Source: Ranitomeya imitator | Taxonomy: Eukaryota | Direction of reading: 5' to 3' | Assembly (NCBI RefSeq): GCF_032444005.1 | Contig: NC_091286.1 | Coordinates: forward strand, 51,274,001-51,338,000 | Length of the DNA: 64,000 nt | Shown here: piece by piece, positions 1 to 10,551 of the stretch | Layout of the letters: the number at the start of each line of letters is the position of its first letter | Numbering within the stretch: the stretch's first letter is position 1 | Program-made: the position numbers and the translations under genes | The notes under the pieces: generated by a model | The model's input: only the letters and a program-made list of their open reading frames with translations | What the model was told of the DNA's origin: nothing | Database searches by the model: none

Positions 1-554
1 ATCAGACTGTAAGGCCTACTCGGTAGAGCGGGAGCCCTCTCCTCTGTTCTCTCTAGATGCCCCATTAACAATACCCCATTCTACTGGTGGGGACAGATAA
101 AAAGGGCCCCTGTGCAAGGACAACATATGGGCCCTTGGAAGTCCAATATCACATCATAATGCACAATTTCACCTGCCTCGCAGGTGGAAATGGACCCCGT
201 TACCTCTTGGGGCCCTGTTCCTTCCCCTTAGTTGCCTGATAGATGCCCTTTAAACATTTGATATAAGGTTCCTTTATTTATGTCTAAGGCAATATAAAGG
301 TGGCCATACAGATGAGATAGCTATCGGACATGCCGACTTCCCCCAGACACATGCAGCTTTAGCACAACCAAGGGTTCATCTATTTTCAATGGGGAGAGGA
401 CAGAAAAAAAACCACAAGACCTTTTTGATATTTGCTTATCTCCACTGAAAATAAACAGTTTTAATTTGCAATAAAAGTTTTATTGATACATTAGAATATA
501 AATAAAAGAACGGCCAAAGTTTACTAAAGATGAGAAGATCAGGCAAAATTTCAC

Positions 555-621
555 CTGTTTGAGCAGGTTGTTTTTTTGGAAATTCCATGTTCCTTATCAT
601 GCTCAGGATTCTTTCCATAAC
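555..621 (-). CDS. Candidate host-gene exon (unidentified)
   Basis: Minus strand: acceptor ...catttatgctctag, 67 bp open as VMERILSMIRNMEFPKKQPAQT, donor CAG|gtgaaa. A second frame is also open; protein not recognised. Confidence 0.25.
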
Positions 622-1974
622 CTAGAGCATAAATGTAATATATAAAAAGTAAAAACAAAATCTTTATCCTCACCCTCCTCTCACTTCTTTGGACTCCTCT
701 GCTACTTAATACCATCCATCCGATTCTTGCCGCATCTGCTGATCCTCCTCCACTCACATCGGAACCTTCAGTCCTCTGGTATTGTGCCAGACTTACAGGT
801 GTCATAGTGTCTGGGAGATCAATGGCATCATGATGATGAGAGGAAGGGCCAAAGAGGTGATCAGTAAGGGGAGTGAAACGATTTTGATTTTTTATTAACC
901 TTTTGATAGTCCATTATGATTAAAAAAAAAAAAATAGAAGCCGACAGTTGAAGCGAATTACAAAAAAAATAATTTTTTTTGTAAAATTTGAGTAGAATTC
1001 AATTCCACTTGAATATATCCACTCATCTCTACATATCATGGCATATGTCCTATGGATTGGTTTATAGCAGATACAGAAGCTGACTATTCTTCTCTTTTAT
1101 TTTCAGGAGACAACCAAACACATCAAATGGACGGCTGGTATAGCCAAAATGAGCGAGTTTAGCTGACTTAAATCTAATGTGTTTATGCGCCTTAATGGGA
1201 AATTATATTTTCTAGTAATTTTTAAAAATAAGCTGTCATGTGTGTCTATAGGTGGAATAATACTTTTTCTAGTCATTGCATTACTTGTCCTTAATTCTAG
1301 AGAAACCAAATTGATTCTTCAAAGTTGCTGATATATTGTAGCCTTGATTTTTCGACAGTATTTCCTTTTGTAGGCTCTATCTCTAATTTGCAAATGACTC
1401 TGAGCTGCTGAATGGAAATTAGCTGCCATGATGTGTCCTAGACACTAAACACACAGAAAGGGTTCTCTGCTCTTTTCCTCCTTGGTAGCACATAGAAACA
1501 GCAGTGTCATGAAAGAAATGACTGTATTTTTCAGGCAATAAGATGCACATTTTTCTCACAAATTTTGAGGAAATTGGGAGTGCATCTTGTAGTCTGAATG
1601 TAGCTTACCTGGCTCGCTGTTGGGGAGGGCGGCGGCGGTTAAGTGGGGTCACAGGAGGCAGGAGCTGGGTCACAGCTGCAAGAAGCCGGCGGTGATCTTC
1701 AACAAAATGGTGGCGCTGGTAGCTCATTAGCAGATCGAGATCTCGGCTCATCAATGAGCTGAGATCCCAATCTGCGCATGCGTAGCCGCCATTTTGATGG
1801 AGACCACCAGAGGAAAATTTGAGCATGCGCCGCCCCATTGCCATTGTGCTGGATAAAGCTGGGACACGAAAGTGCGCAATCGTCGCCCATGAAAAGGGTG
1901 TCACTAGCAAAAATTTTTAAAAAGGAGGCTCATAACCCGTCATCACGATTTGTATGAGCATCCTGTCACGAGTG

Positions 1975-2645
1975 TGTCACGCCAACCTGGGAGATCTGGG
2001 GGTAGAAGATCACTGCATATTGTGAATCGCAGATCTTTCATTTAACCTCTGTGTTTGGTTTGCATTGGTGCTGAAAACGTTAACGACCCATTCCATGGTT
2101 ATCAGAAACATGCAGCTCAATTTCAGCTGCCTCTGATCTGGTTGTTAACTCTTCACTATAAAACCTGGCCAGACCCTCTCTGGATTCATCTTCCAATGCT
2201 GTGCGCTTAAGCTAAGTGTTTTGGACAAAAGTTGTTTTAGATGTGCTCTGTTGTACGTGTGTATTTATCTCCTGATCCCTTTTCCCATTTAGTTTATTCC
2301 TCCCTGTCCCTATCCTCCTTCCTATTGGTGCTTTTATATGATAGAGAGATTCAGTTATCCCTGATTGTCTTATGTGTCTTTTTCATTACATTTCTGTCCT
2401 AGACTCCATGGGATGGGGGGAGGGGACAGACAAGGGATTAACAGGAGTATAGTGAGATTGAGACTTGGGTCTCTCTACCATCAAGAGTACCCCAGGACAG
2501 GGATAGTTAGGGCCCCAGCTCCAGGGACAGTTGGAGGCCCCCCTCCCCTACCTAAGTCCATCACAACCTGGGCTGGCATTAGGGGCAGGCAAACTAGGCA
2601 TTTACCTATGGTCCCAACTCCCTCAGGGGGCCCCAGTCAGTGATA
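1975..2645 (+). mobile_element. LTR-like remnant (probable Gypsy LTR)
   Basis: Starts TGTCACG and ends CAGTGATA (degenerate TG..CA), with an internal TATA-like ctataaaa and a T-rich body. No TSD found. Confidence 0.4.
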
Positions 2646-3189
2646 TGCCACTAATAGCGGTACACACACGGCTGCTATGAGGCACGTGATTCAGGGGAAC
2701 CAAGTGCCAGTGTTGGCTCCAGACCCCACCCTTGCATCATCCATTCAGCTGTATCAGCATCATAGATGCTGATACAATTGGAAACAATGATGGAAGGCAG
2801 AGAATCAGGTGATGCTCTCCCATGATTCCTCCTCTGCGTCTGATGCAGGGGGTGTGATGACATCACTTCATTGTTGCACCACGTTGTGCTGGGCAGTCTA
2901 GCAGCTGAGTAGATGGGCTGCAGAGACCAGACCAGTGGGTGAACATTTTGCTGGAGACCGCCGGAGGTAAATTTGAGCATGTGTCACCCCCGGTGCCATA
3001 TTGCTGGAGAGTGCTGGGAAATTAAAAGGGTGGCACTAACACAAGATTTAAAAAAGGAGGATCATAGAAATTGTTATAACAGAACCTGTGATCATCTCGA
3101 TTTGTAGGAGCCTCCTGTCACGAGTGTTTCATGGGAGAGGTGAGTATTGTATGTTTTTTAAATCCATGAGTAAGTGGTGACCATTATAC

Positions 3190-3895
3190 TGCAGGACTGG
3201 ACTATAGGGGCTGCATTATACTATATGTACTCTATGGGGCTGCAATGTACTCTATGGGACTGCATTGTACTTTATCAAGGACTATGGGGGCTGCATTATA
3301 CTATATGTACTATACCGGAGCTACATTATCCTCTATCGAGGACTATGGGGAGTGCATTATACTATATGTACTTTATGAAGGTTGCATTATACTCTATTGA
3401 GGAGTATGGGCAGTGCATTATCCAATTTGTACAATATAGGGGCTGCATTATACTCTGTCATGGACTATGGGCTGTGCATTATACTAAGTGTATTGTATGA
3501 GGGCTATATTGGAGCCTATGTGAGGGCTCATACTGTATATAGGAAGCTATGTAGGGGCTCATACTGTGTATAGGAGTCTATGTGAAGGCTCATACTGTAT
3601 GTAGGAGACTATGTGAAGGCTCATACTATATATAGGGGGTTTATACTGTATATTTGAGACTATGCGGGGCTCATACTGTATATAGGAGTGTATATGAGGT
3701 CTCATACTGTATATAGGAGTCTATGTGCAAGCTTATACTGTATATAGAAGGCTATGTGGGGGTTCATATTGTATGTATGGGCAGCACGGTGGCGCAGTGG
3801 TTAGCACAACAGCCTTGCAGCGCTGGGGTCCTGGGTTCTAATCCCACCCAGGACAACATCTGCAAAGAGTTTGTATGTTCTCTCCGTGTTTGCGT

Positions 3896-3926
<31 letters not shown>

Positions 3927-5040
3927 ACATTCCAAAGACATACTGATAGGGATTCTAGATTTTGAGCCCCATCGGGGACAGCAATGATAATGTGTGCAAA
4001 ACTGTGTAAAGCGCTGCGGAATATGTTAGCGCTATATAAAAATAAAGATTATTAAAAATAAAGATTATTATTATGTAGGAGTCTAAGTGAGCGCTCATGA
4101 TGTATATAGGAGGCTATATGATGGCTCATACTGTATATAGAGAGCTATGCACAGGCTCATATTGTAATACTGCATATAGGAGGCAGTATGGAGGCTCACA
4201 CTATGTAGGCGTCTATGTGAGCATTCATACTGTCTATAGGAGGCTATAAGTGGCCCCATACTGTATCTATGGAGCCATAAGCGGGCTCATCCTTTTTATT
4301 AGATGCTTTATGGGGACTCATACTGTAAATATGGAGCTATGTGCGGGCTGCACTGTATATAGGGGCTATGTGCAAGCTCATACTGTATGTAGAAGCCTAT
4401 ATATGGGCTCATACTGTATATAGGGAGCTATGTGCAGCTCATACTGTATATAGTTAAACAGGAGAAAAAGGCAAAGAACATGCTACAATGGAGATCACCA
4501 AATAGTAAACAATTATATACTTTATTCAACTGTGCTTACAGACCAAAAAACATTAAAAACAATTAAAAACCAAAAAGGATTCCCAATAGATGGAGCAAGC
4601 CCCATGAGACCACACAATTATTTAAATAACCCAATATCATGATAACAGAAGAATAGAACTGTCTACTGTTGAATAAAGTATATAATTGTTTACTATTTGT
4701 TGATCTCCATTGTAGCATGTTCTTTGCCTTTTTCTCCAGTTTAACTATTAGCCTTCACATGCTAAAGGATTGATCTCCATCATATTTTTGACCTTGATAA
4801 TGGTGTCCTCCGCTGGTTGTGTATAGTTTCATACTGTATATAGGGAGCTATGTGTAGGCTCATACTGTGTGTAGGAGAGAAAATGGGGCTCATAATGTAT
4901 ATAGGGAGCTATGTAGAGGCTAATACTGTATCTAGGGGCTATATGGGGGCATATACTGTATTTAAATAGATATATGGGTCTAATACTATATCTAGGTAGC
5001 TATGTAGGGGCTCATACTGTATATTGGGGGCTATTTGAGG
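3190..5040. repeat. Degenerate minisatellite, about 30-40-bp units (gctcatactgtatataggagnctatgtg / gctgcattatactatatg)
   Basis: Dozens of recurrences of catactgtata..ctatg; interrupted by a SINE and an inverted-repeat insert. Confidence 0.85.
3779..4072 (+). mobile_element. tRNA-derived SINE with V-SINE-type central domain and LINE-like 3' tail
   Basis: Pol III box A tggcgcagtgg (3790-3800), box B-like ggttctaatcc (3834-3844), V-domain gtgggtttcctccgggcactccggtttcctcccacattccaaagacat, tail tgtaaagcgctgcggaa...aataaagattattatta. Confidence 0.85.
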
Positions 5041-5049
5041 GCTCAAACA

Positions 5050-6620
5050 CAATTTTTCTACCTCCTTTCAAAAATCCACAAGAACTCAACTTCACCTCCT
5101 GGCAAACCTATAGTCCTCAGAAACTAGGTATTTGGATCATCATCTCAAACCACTATTCGCAGTATTACCTTCCTACCTCAAAGATACGGGAGATCTCTTG
5201 AGAAAACTGGACAATATCACTTTAGAAACAGACATGTAGCTAGTAACACTAGATGTGGAATCACTTTATACGTCTATTAAACACCAAGATGGCCTTGAAG
5301 CCGTTAAAACTTTTCTATGTATGACCCCTAAGGATTATAGCTTGATCCCATTTCTGATGGCATTCCTGGAGTTTGCCCTGACTAATAACTTTTTATTTTC
5401 AAGAAGAAAATCTATCTACAGCTACAGGGAACAGCTATGGGGGCAGCTTTTGCCCCCTCATGTGCTAACCTCTTCCTGGGGCTGAGGGAGATAGATCTAT
5501 TCCTGACAAATCCCACCTCTCTGACTGCAAAAATCCCCTTTTGGACTCTCTACATCGATGATTTATTAGCCAGTTGGCAGGGAACCAAACAAGAGCTACA
5601 TATGTTGGTTCAACAACCTAATGACAACAATATCAATGTGAAATTGACTTATCAAGACAGAGATACAATTTAAGGATACTCAAATTTTTAAGGGCACTGA
5701 TGGAGTGCTACACACAGCGGTCCACAGGAAGGACACAGCTGTGAACTCTCTATTGCATGCCTCCTCTTCTCATCCACAGAGTTTGAAAAACAGTATTACA
5801 ACTGGACAATTCCTACGAACTAGACATACTGTATCTGCTCTGATCATTTTTCCTTCAATCGACAAACACAAGTTTTAGCACTGAGGTTCGAACAAAGAGG
5901 CTACTCGAAACATGTGGTGAAAAGAGGATGGAAGAGGGCTCTAAAGAGTAGAAGAGAAGACCTCTTAAAGGCAAGGGTTTGGACTCCAGACCCTGGACAA
6001 ATTCTGGCAGATTATTCAAAATGATTCTACTTTGTCCAGATATACTAATATGACTCCCTCCATTATGTACAGATGCACAGAGAATTTAAAATACCTGTTG
6101 GTACATAGTTACCATAAAGACCCAGGCAAAGAATGAACATTTGACTATAAAGGTCCTGAGTGAGATTTCTTCCCATGCGGTGACTGTGCAGCTTGTACCA
6201 ATCTACAACGGAGCTCCTCTTTCATGGCTAGTGATGGATGCAAAGAATTCCACATCACACAACACATCACCTGCAGCATGGAAGGAGTTATTTATTATGC
6301 CATTTGCCTGTGTCAACTCATCTATGTAGGTCAACTAAGGATGCGCGTATGTGAACACGTTTGAGATATTAAAAATGAACCCGATGTTCTAGAATCTAGA
6401 TGATTCAACATTGAAACCCATTCCCAGATACTTTACATTGCACATGGCTGCAATGCCTATCTTCTCAAGGTCTTTGTTATAGACCAAGTCATCATAGACA
6501 AGCAAGGTGGGAATTGGAGATGGACTCTTGCACAACTGGAGTCACAATGGATCGTGAAAATTGACTGCATTCGACCTATGGAACTCAATGAGGTTTTGAG
6601 TTTTGCAACATTTTTGTAAT
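5050..6620 (+). mobile_element. Penelope-like retroelement, degenerate RT + GIY-YIG endonuclease
   Basis: Fragmented frames give FYLLSKIHK..PPGKPI, SYLKDTGD, TLDVESLYTSI, MGAAFAPSCANLF, YIDD, and a C-terminal ITC..VIY..C.C..IYVGQ GIY-YIG region; many stops and frameshifts. Confidence 0.9.
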
Positions 6621-6955
6621 CCGGTAAGAATTTTTGTACATAGGCTTTTGTTTTAAGTTGTTTTAACCTCTCTTTCATTGCAGGATAATCTGTGCTCACT
6701 CCCAACAGGATATATTTACCGTGACCTACTAATCTCACCCTGAAGACGGACAATTTTTCAAGACCTATGAAAACCCTTTTGCTTAATCACATCTAATCTC
6801 GCCTAATTGAAATTTTAATTTTGTCTTATATATTCAATATAATTATATTTCCTGTAGATTTCTAAATTCCACGATAGTAAATATGACGTTTCTCTATGCA
6901 TTTTATATTATTTTGATGCTCTATGTGTATATAAACGTGAATATACAGTATACAG

Positions 6956-7768
6956 TGTTGTGAATTCTGTGGCAGAGCTCCCTCCTGTGGCACAAGTGGT
7001 ACTTCGGCTGATTCTCTCTATGAGCTTCCGTTGGTGGAGGAGAGTGGTACTGTGGCTTCTGAGTTTCCTTCCTCAGGTGATGTGGTGAAGTCGTTAGGTG
7101 CTGCTCTATTTAACTTCACCTAGTGCTTTGATCCTGGCCTCCAGTCAATGTTCTAGTATTGGACCTGTTTCCTCCTGGATCGTTCCTGTGGCCTGCTGCT
7201 CTGCATAGCTAAGTTCCGCTTTTGTTATTTTTTTTGCTGTTTTTTCTGTCCAGCTTGCTTTTTTGTTTTTTCTTGCTTGCTGGAAGCTCTGGGACGCAGA
7301 GGGTGTACCTCCGTGCCGTTAGTTCGGTACGGAGGGTCTTTTTGCTCCCTTTGCGTGGTTGTTTGTAGGGTTTTGTGTTGACCGCAAAGTTACCTTTCCT
7401 ATCCTCGCTCTGTTCAGAAAGTCGGGCCTCACTTTGCTAAATCTATTTCATCTCTACGTTTGTCTTTTCATCTTAACTCACAGTCATTATATGTGGGGGC
7501 TGCCTTTTCCTTTGGGGTATTTCTCTGAGGCAAGGTAGGCTTATTTTCTATCTTCAGGCTAGCTAGTTTCTCAGGCTGTGCCGAGTTGCATAGGGAGCGT
7601 TAGGCGCAATCCACGGCTGCCTCTAGTGTGGTTGGAGAGGATTAGGGATTGCGGTCAGCAGAGTTCCCACGTCTCAGAGCTCGTTCTATGTTTTTGGGTT
7701 ATTGTCAGGTCACTGTATGTGCTCTGACTTCTATGTCCATTGTGGTACCTAATTACCTCATCATAACA
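6956..7768 (+). repeat. 5' LTR
   Basis: TG..CA termini with an 8-bp imperfect inverted repeat; by-eye comparison with 11965-12777 gives about 11 substitutions and two 1-bp indels. Confidence 0.97.
7107..7113 (+). promoter_or_regulatory. LTR TATA box
   Basis: TATTTAA starts 29 nt upstream of GGCCTCCAGT (7136), the inferred transcript 5' end; also present in the 3' LTR. Confidence 0.65.
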
Positions 7769-7770
7769 GT

Positions 7771-7780
7771 ACTGGAGGCC
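7771..7780 (+). promoter_or_regulatory. Self-priming-type primer-binding site
   Basis: ACTGGAGGCC, 2 nt after the 5' LTR end, is the exact reverse complement of LTR 7136-7145 GGCCTCCAGT. Confidence 0.8.
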
Positions 7781-7828
7781 TAGAGTACTAATGATTCTCA
7801 ATAGAGGGAAAAAAGAAGTTCTGAGACC

Positions 7829-10549
7829 ATGTTTTTTTCTCTGAACTGTGTTTTGCCTTTTTTTTTCCTAGACATTTGGGTGGTTCAGGACACAGGTGTA
7901 GCGATGGACATTAAAGGTCTGTCTTCATGTGTGGATCAGCTCACGGCAAGAGTACAAAATATTCAAGACTTTGTGGTTCAGAATTCTATGTTAGAACCAA
8001 GAATTCCTATTCCTGATTTGTTTTTTGGAGATAGAACTAAATTTCTGAGTTTCAAAAATAATTGTAAACTATTTCTGGCTTTGAAACCTTGCTCCTCTGG
8101 TGACCCAGTTCAACAAGTTAGGATCATTATTTCTTTTTTACGTGGCGACCCTCAGGACTGGGCATTTTCTCTTGCGCCAGGAGATCCTGCATTAAGTAAT
8201 ATCGATGCATTTTTCCTGGCGCTCGGATTGCTGTACGATGAACCTAATTCAGTGGATCAGGCAGAGAAAAATTTGCTGGCTCTGTGTCAGGCTCAGGATG
8301 AGATAGAGGTATATTGTCAGAAATTTAGAAAGTGGTCCGTACTCACTCAATGGAATGAAGGTGCGCTCGCAGCTATTTTCAGAAAGGGTCTCTCTGAAGC
8401 CCTTAAGGATGTCATGGTGGGATTTCCTATGCCTGCTGGTCTGAATGAGTCTATGTCTTTGGCCATTCAGATCGGTCGACGCTTGCGTGAGCGTAAATCT
8501 GTGCACCATTTGGCGGTATTATCTGAGCATAAACCTGAGCCTATGCAGTGTGATAGGACTTTGACCAGAGTTGAACGGCAAGAACACAGACGTCAGAATG
8601 GGCTGTGTTTCTACTGTGATGATTCCACTCACGCTATCTCTGATTGTCCTAAGCGGACTAAGCGGTTCGCTAGGTCTGCCACCATTGGTACGGTACAGTC
8701 AAAATTTCTTTTGTCCGTTACCTTGATCTGCTCTTTGTCATCTTATTCTGTCATGGCATTTGTAGATTCAGGCGCTGCCCTGAATTTGATGGACTTGGAG
8801 TATGTTAGGCATTGGGGGTTTTTCTTGGAGCCCTTGCAGTGTCCTATTCCATTGAGAGGAATTGATGCTACGCCTTTGGCCAAGAATAAGCCTCAGTACT
8901 GGACCCAGCTGACCATGTGCATGGCTCCTGCACATCCGGAGGTTATTCGCTTTCTAGTGTTGCATAATCTGCATGATGTGGTCGTGTTGGGGTTGCCATG
9001 GCTACAAGTCCATAATCCAGTATTAGATTGGAAATCCATGTCTGTGTCCAGCTGGGGTTGTCAGGGGGTACATGGTGATGTCCCATTTCTGTCTATTTCG
9101 TCATCCACCCCTTCTGAGGTTCCAGAATTCTTGTCTGATTACCGGGATGTATTTGATGAGCCCAAGTCCGATACCCTACCTCCGCATAGGGATTGTGATT
9201 GTGCTATCGATTTGATTCCTGGTAGTAAATTCCCAAAAGGTCGACTGTTTAATTTATCTGTGCCTGAGCATGCCGCTATGCGGAGTTATGTGAAGGAGTC
9301 CTTGGAGAAGGGGCATATTCGCCCGTCTTCGTCGCCATTAGGAGCAGGGTTCTTTTTTGTGGCCAAGAAGGATGGTTCGCTGAGACCTTGTATAGATTAC
9401 CGCCTTCTAAATAAGATCAAGGTTAAATTTCAGTACCCCTTGCCGTTGTTATCTGATTTGTTTGCTCGGATTAAGGGGGCTAGTTGGTTCACCAAGATAG
9501 ATCTTCGTGGTGCGTATAATCTTGTGCGTATTAAGCGAGGTGATGAATGGAAAACTGCATTTAATATGCCCGAGGGCCATTTTGAGTATCTAGTAATGCC
9601 ATTCGGACTTGCCAATGCTCCATCAGTGTTTCAGTCCTTTATGCATGACATCTTCCGAGAGTACCTGGATAAATTCCTGATTGTATACTTCGATGATATT
9701 TTGATCTTCTCGGATGATTGGGAGTGTCATGTGAAGCAGGTCAGAACGGTGTTTCAGGTCCTGCGTGCTAATTCTTTGTTTGTGAAGGGATCAAAGTGTC
9801 TCTTTGGTGTTCAGAAGGTTTCATTTTTGGGGTTCATGTTTTCCCCTTCTACTATCGAGATGGACCCTGTTAAGGTCCAAGCCATCCATGATTGGACTCA
9901 GCCGACATCTCTGAAAAGTCTGCAAAAGTTCCTGGGCTTTGCTAATTTTTATCGTCGCTTCATCTGCAATTTTTCTAGTATTTCTAAACCATTGACCGAT
10001 TTGACCAAGAAGGGTGCTGATGTGGTCAATTGGTCTTCTGCTGCTGTGGAAGCTTTTCAAGAGTTGAAGCGTCGTTTTTCTTCTGCCCCTGTGTTGTGTC
10101 AACCAGATGTTTTGCTTCCATTTCAGGTCGAGGTTGATGCTTCTGAGATTGGAGCAGGGGCTGTTTTGTCGCAGAGAAGTTCTGATTGCTCAGTGATGAA
10201 ACCATGTGCCTTCTTTTCCAGGAAGTTTTCGCCTGCTGAGCGAAATTATGATGTTGGCAATCGAGAGTTGCTGGCCATGAAGTGGGCATTCGAGGAGTGG
10301 CGTCATTGGCTTGAAGGAGCTAAGCATCGCGTGGTGGTCTTGACTGATCATAAGAACTTGACTTATCTCGAGTCTGCCAAGCGGTTGAATCCTAGACAGG
10401 CTCGTTGGTCGCTGTTTTTTGCCCGTTTTGACTTTGTGATTTCGTACCTTCCGGGCTCTAAAAATGTGAAGGCGGATGCCCTGTCTAGGAGTTTTGTGCC
10501 CGACTCTCTGGATTTATCTGAGCCGGCGGTATTCTCAAAGAGGGAGTAA
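7829..10549 (+). CDS. gag-pol: Gag-protease-RT-RNase H polyprotein (truncated by frameshift)
   Basis: 906-aa ORF: retrotransposon gag, CFYCDDSTHAISDC zinc knuckle, FVDSGA protease, LRPCIDYR / KIDLRGAY / YFDD RT, VEVDAS / ERNYDVGNRELLA / TDHKNL RNase H. Likely start is ATG 7903 (MDIKG). Confidence 0.95.
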   Translation: MFFSLNCVLPFFFLDIWVVQDTGVAMDIKGLSSCVDQLTARVQNIQDFVVQNSMLEPRIPIPDLFFGDRTKFLSFKNNCKLFLALKPCSSGDPVQQVRIIISFLRGDPQDWAFSLAPGDPALSNIDAFFLALGLLYDEPNSVDQAEKNLLALCQAQDEIEVYCQKFRKWSVLTQWNEGALAAIFRKGLSEALKDVMVGFPMPAGLNESMSLAIQIGRRLRERKSVHHLAVLSEHKPEPMQCDRTLTRVERQEHRRQNGLCFYCDDSTHAISDCPKRTKRFARSATIGTVQSKFLLSVTLICSLSSYSVMAFVDSGAALNLMDLEYVRHWGFFLEPLQCPIPLRGIDATPLAKNKPQYWTQLTMCMAPAHPEVIRFLVLHNLHDVVVLGLPWLQVHNPVLDWKSMSVSSWGCQGVHGDVPFLSISSSTPSEVPEFLSDYRDVFDEPKSDTLPPHRDCDCAIDLIPGSKFPKGRLFNLSVPEHAAMRSYVKESLEKGHIRPSSSPLGAGFFFVAKKDGSLRPCIDYRLLNKIKVKFQYPLPLLSDLFARIKGASWFTKIDLRGAYNLVRIKRGDEWKTAFNMPEGHFEYLVMPFGLANAPSVFQSFMHDIFREYLDKFLIVYFDDILIFSDDWECHVKQVRTVFQVLRANSLFVKGSKCLFGVQKVSFLGFMFSPSTIEMDPVKVQAIHDWTQPTSLKSLQKFLGFANFYRRFICNFSSISKPLTDLTKKGADVVNWSSAAVEAFQELKRRFSSAPVLCQPDVLLPFQVEVDASEIGAGAVLSQRSSDCSVMKPCAFFSRKFSPAERNYDVGNRELLAMKWAFEEWRHWLEGAKHRVVVLTDHKNLTYLESAKRLNPRQARWSLFFARFDFVISYLPGSKNVKADALSRSFVPDSLDLSEPAVFSKRE

Positions 10550-10551
10550 TT

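Noticed and set aside
1103-1309. LRR-like text (LRRINTLDLSQLNSL) in a minus-strand ORF
   Set aside because: Single imperfect motif, no supporting splice sites, no neighbouring LRRs.
3779-3850. tRNA gene
   Set aside because: The A and B boxes run into a V-SINE core and LINE-like tail; no complete cloverleaf.
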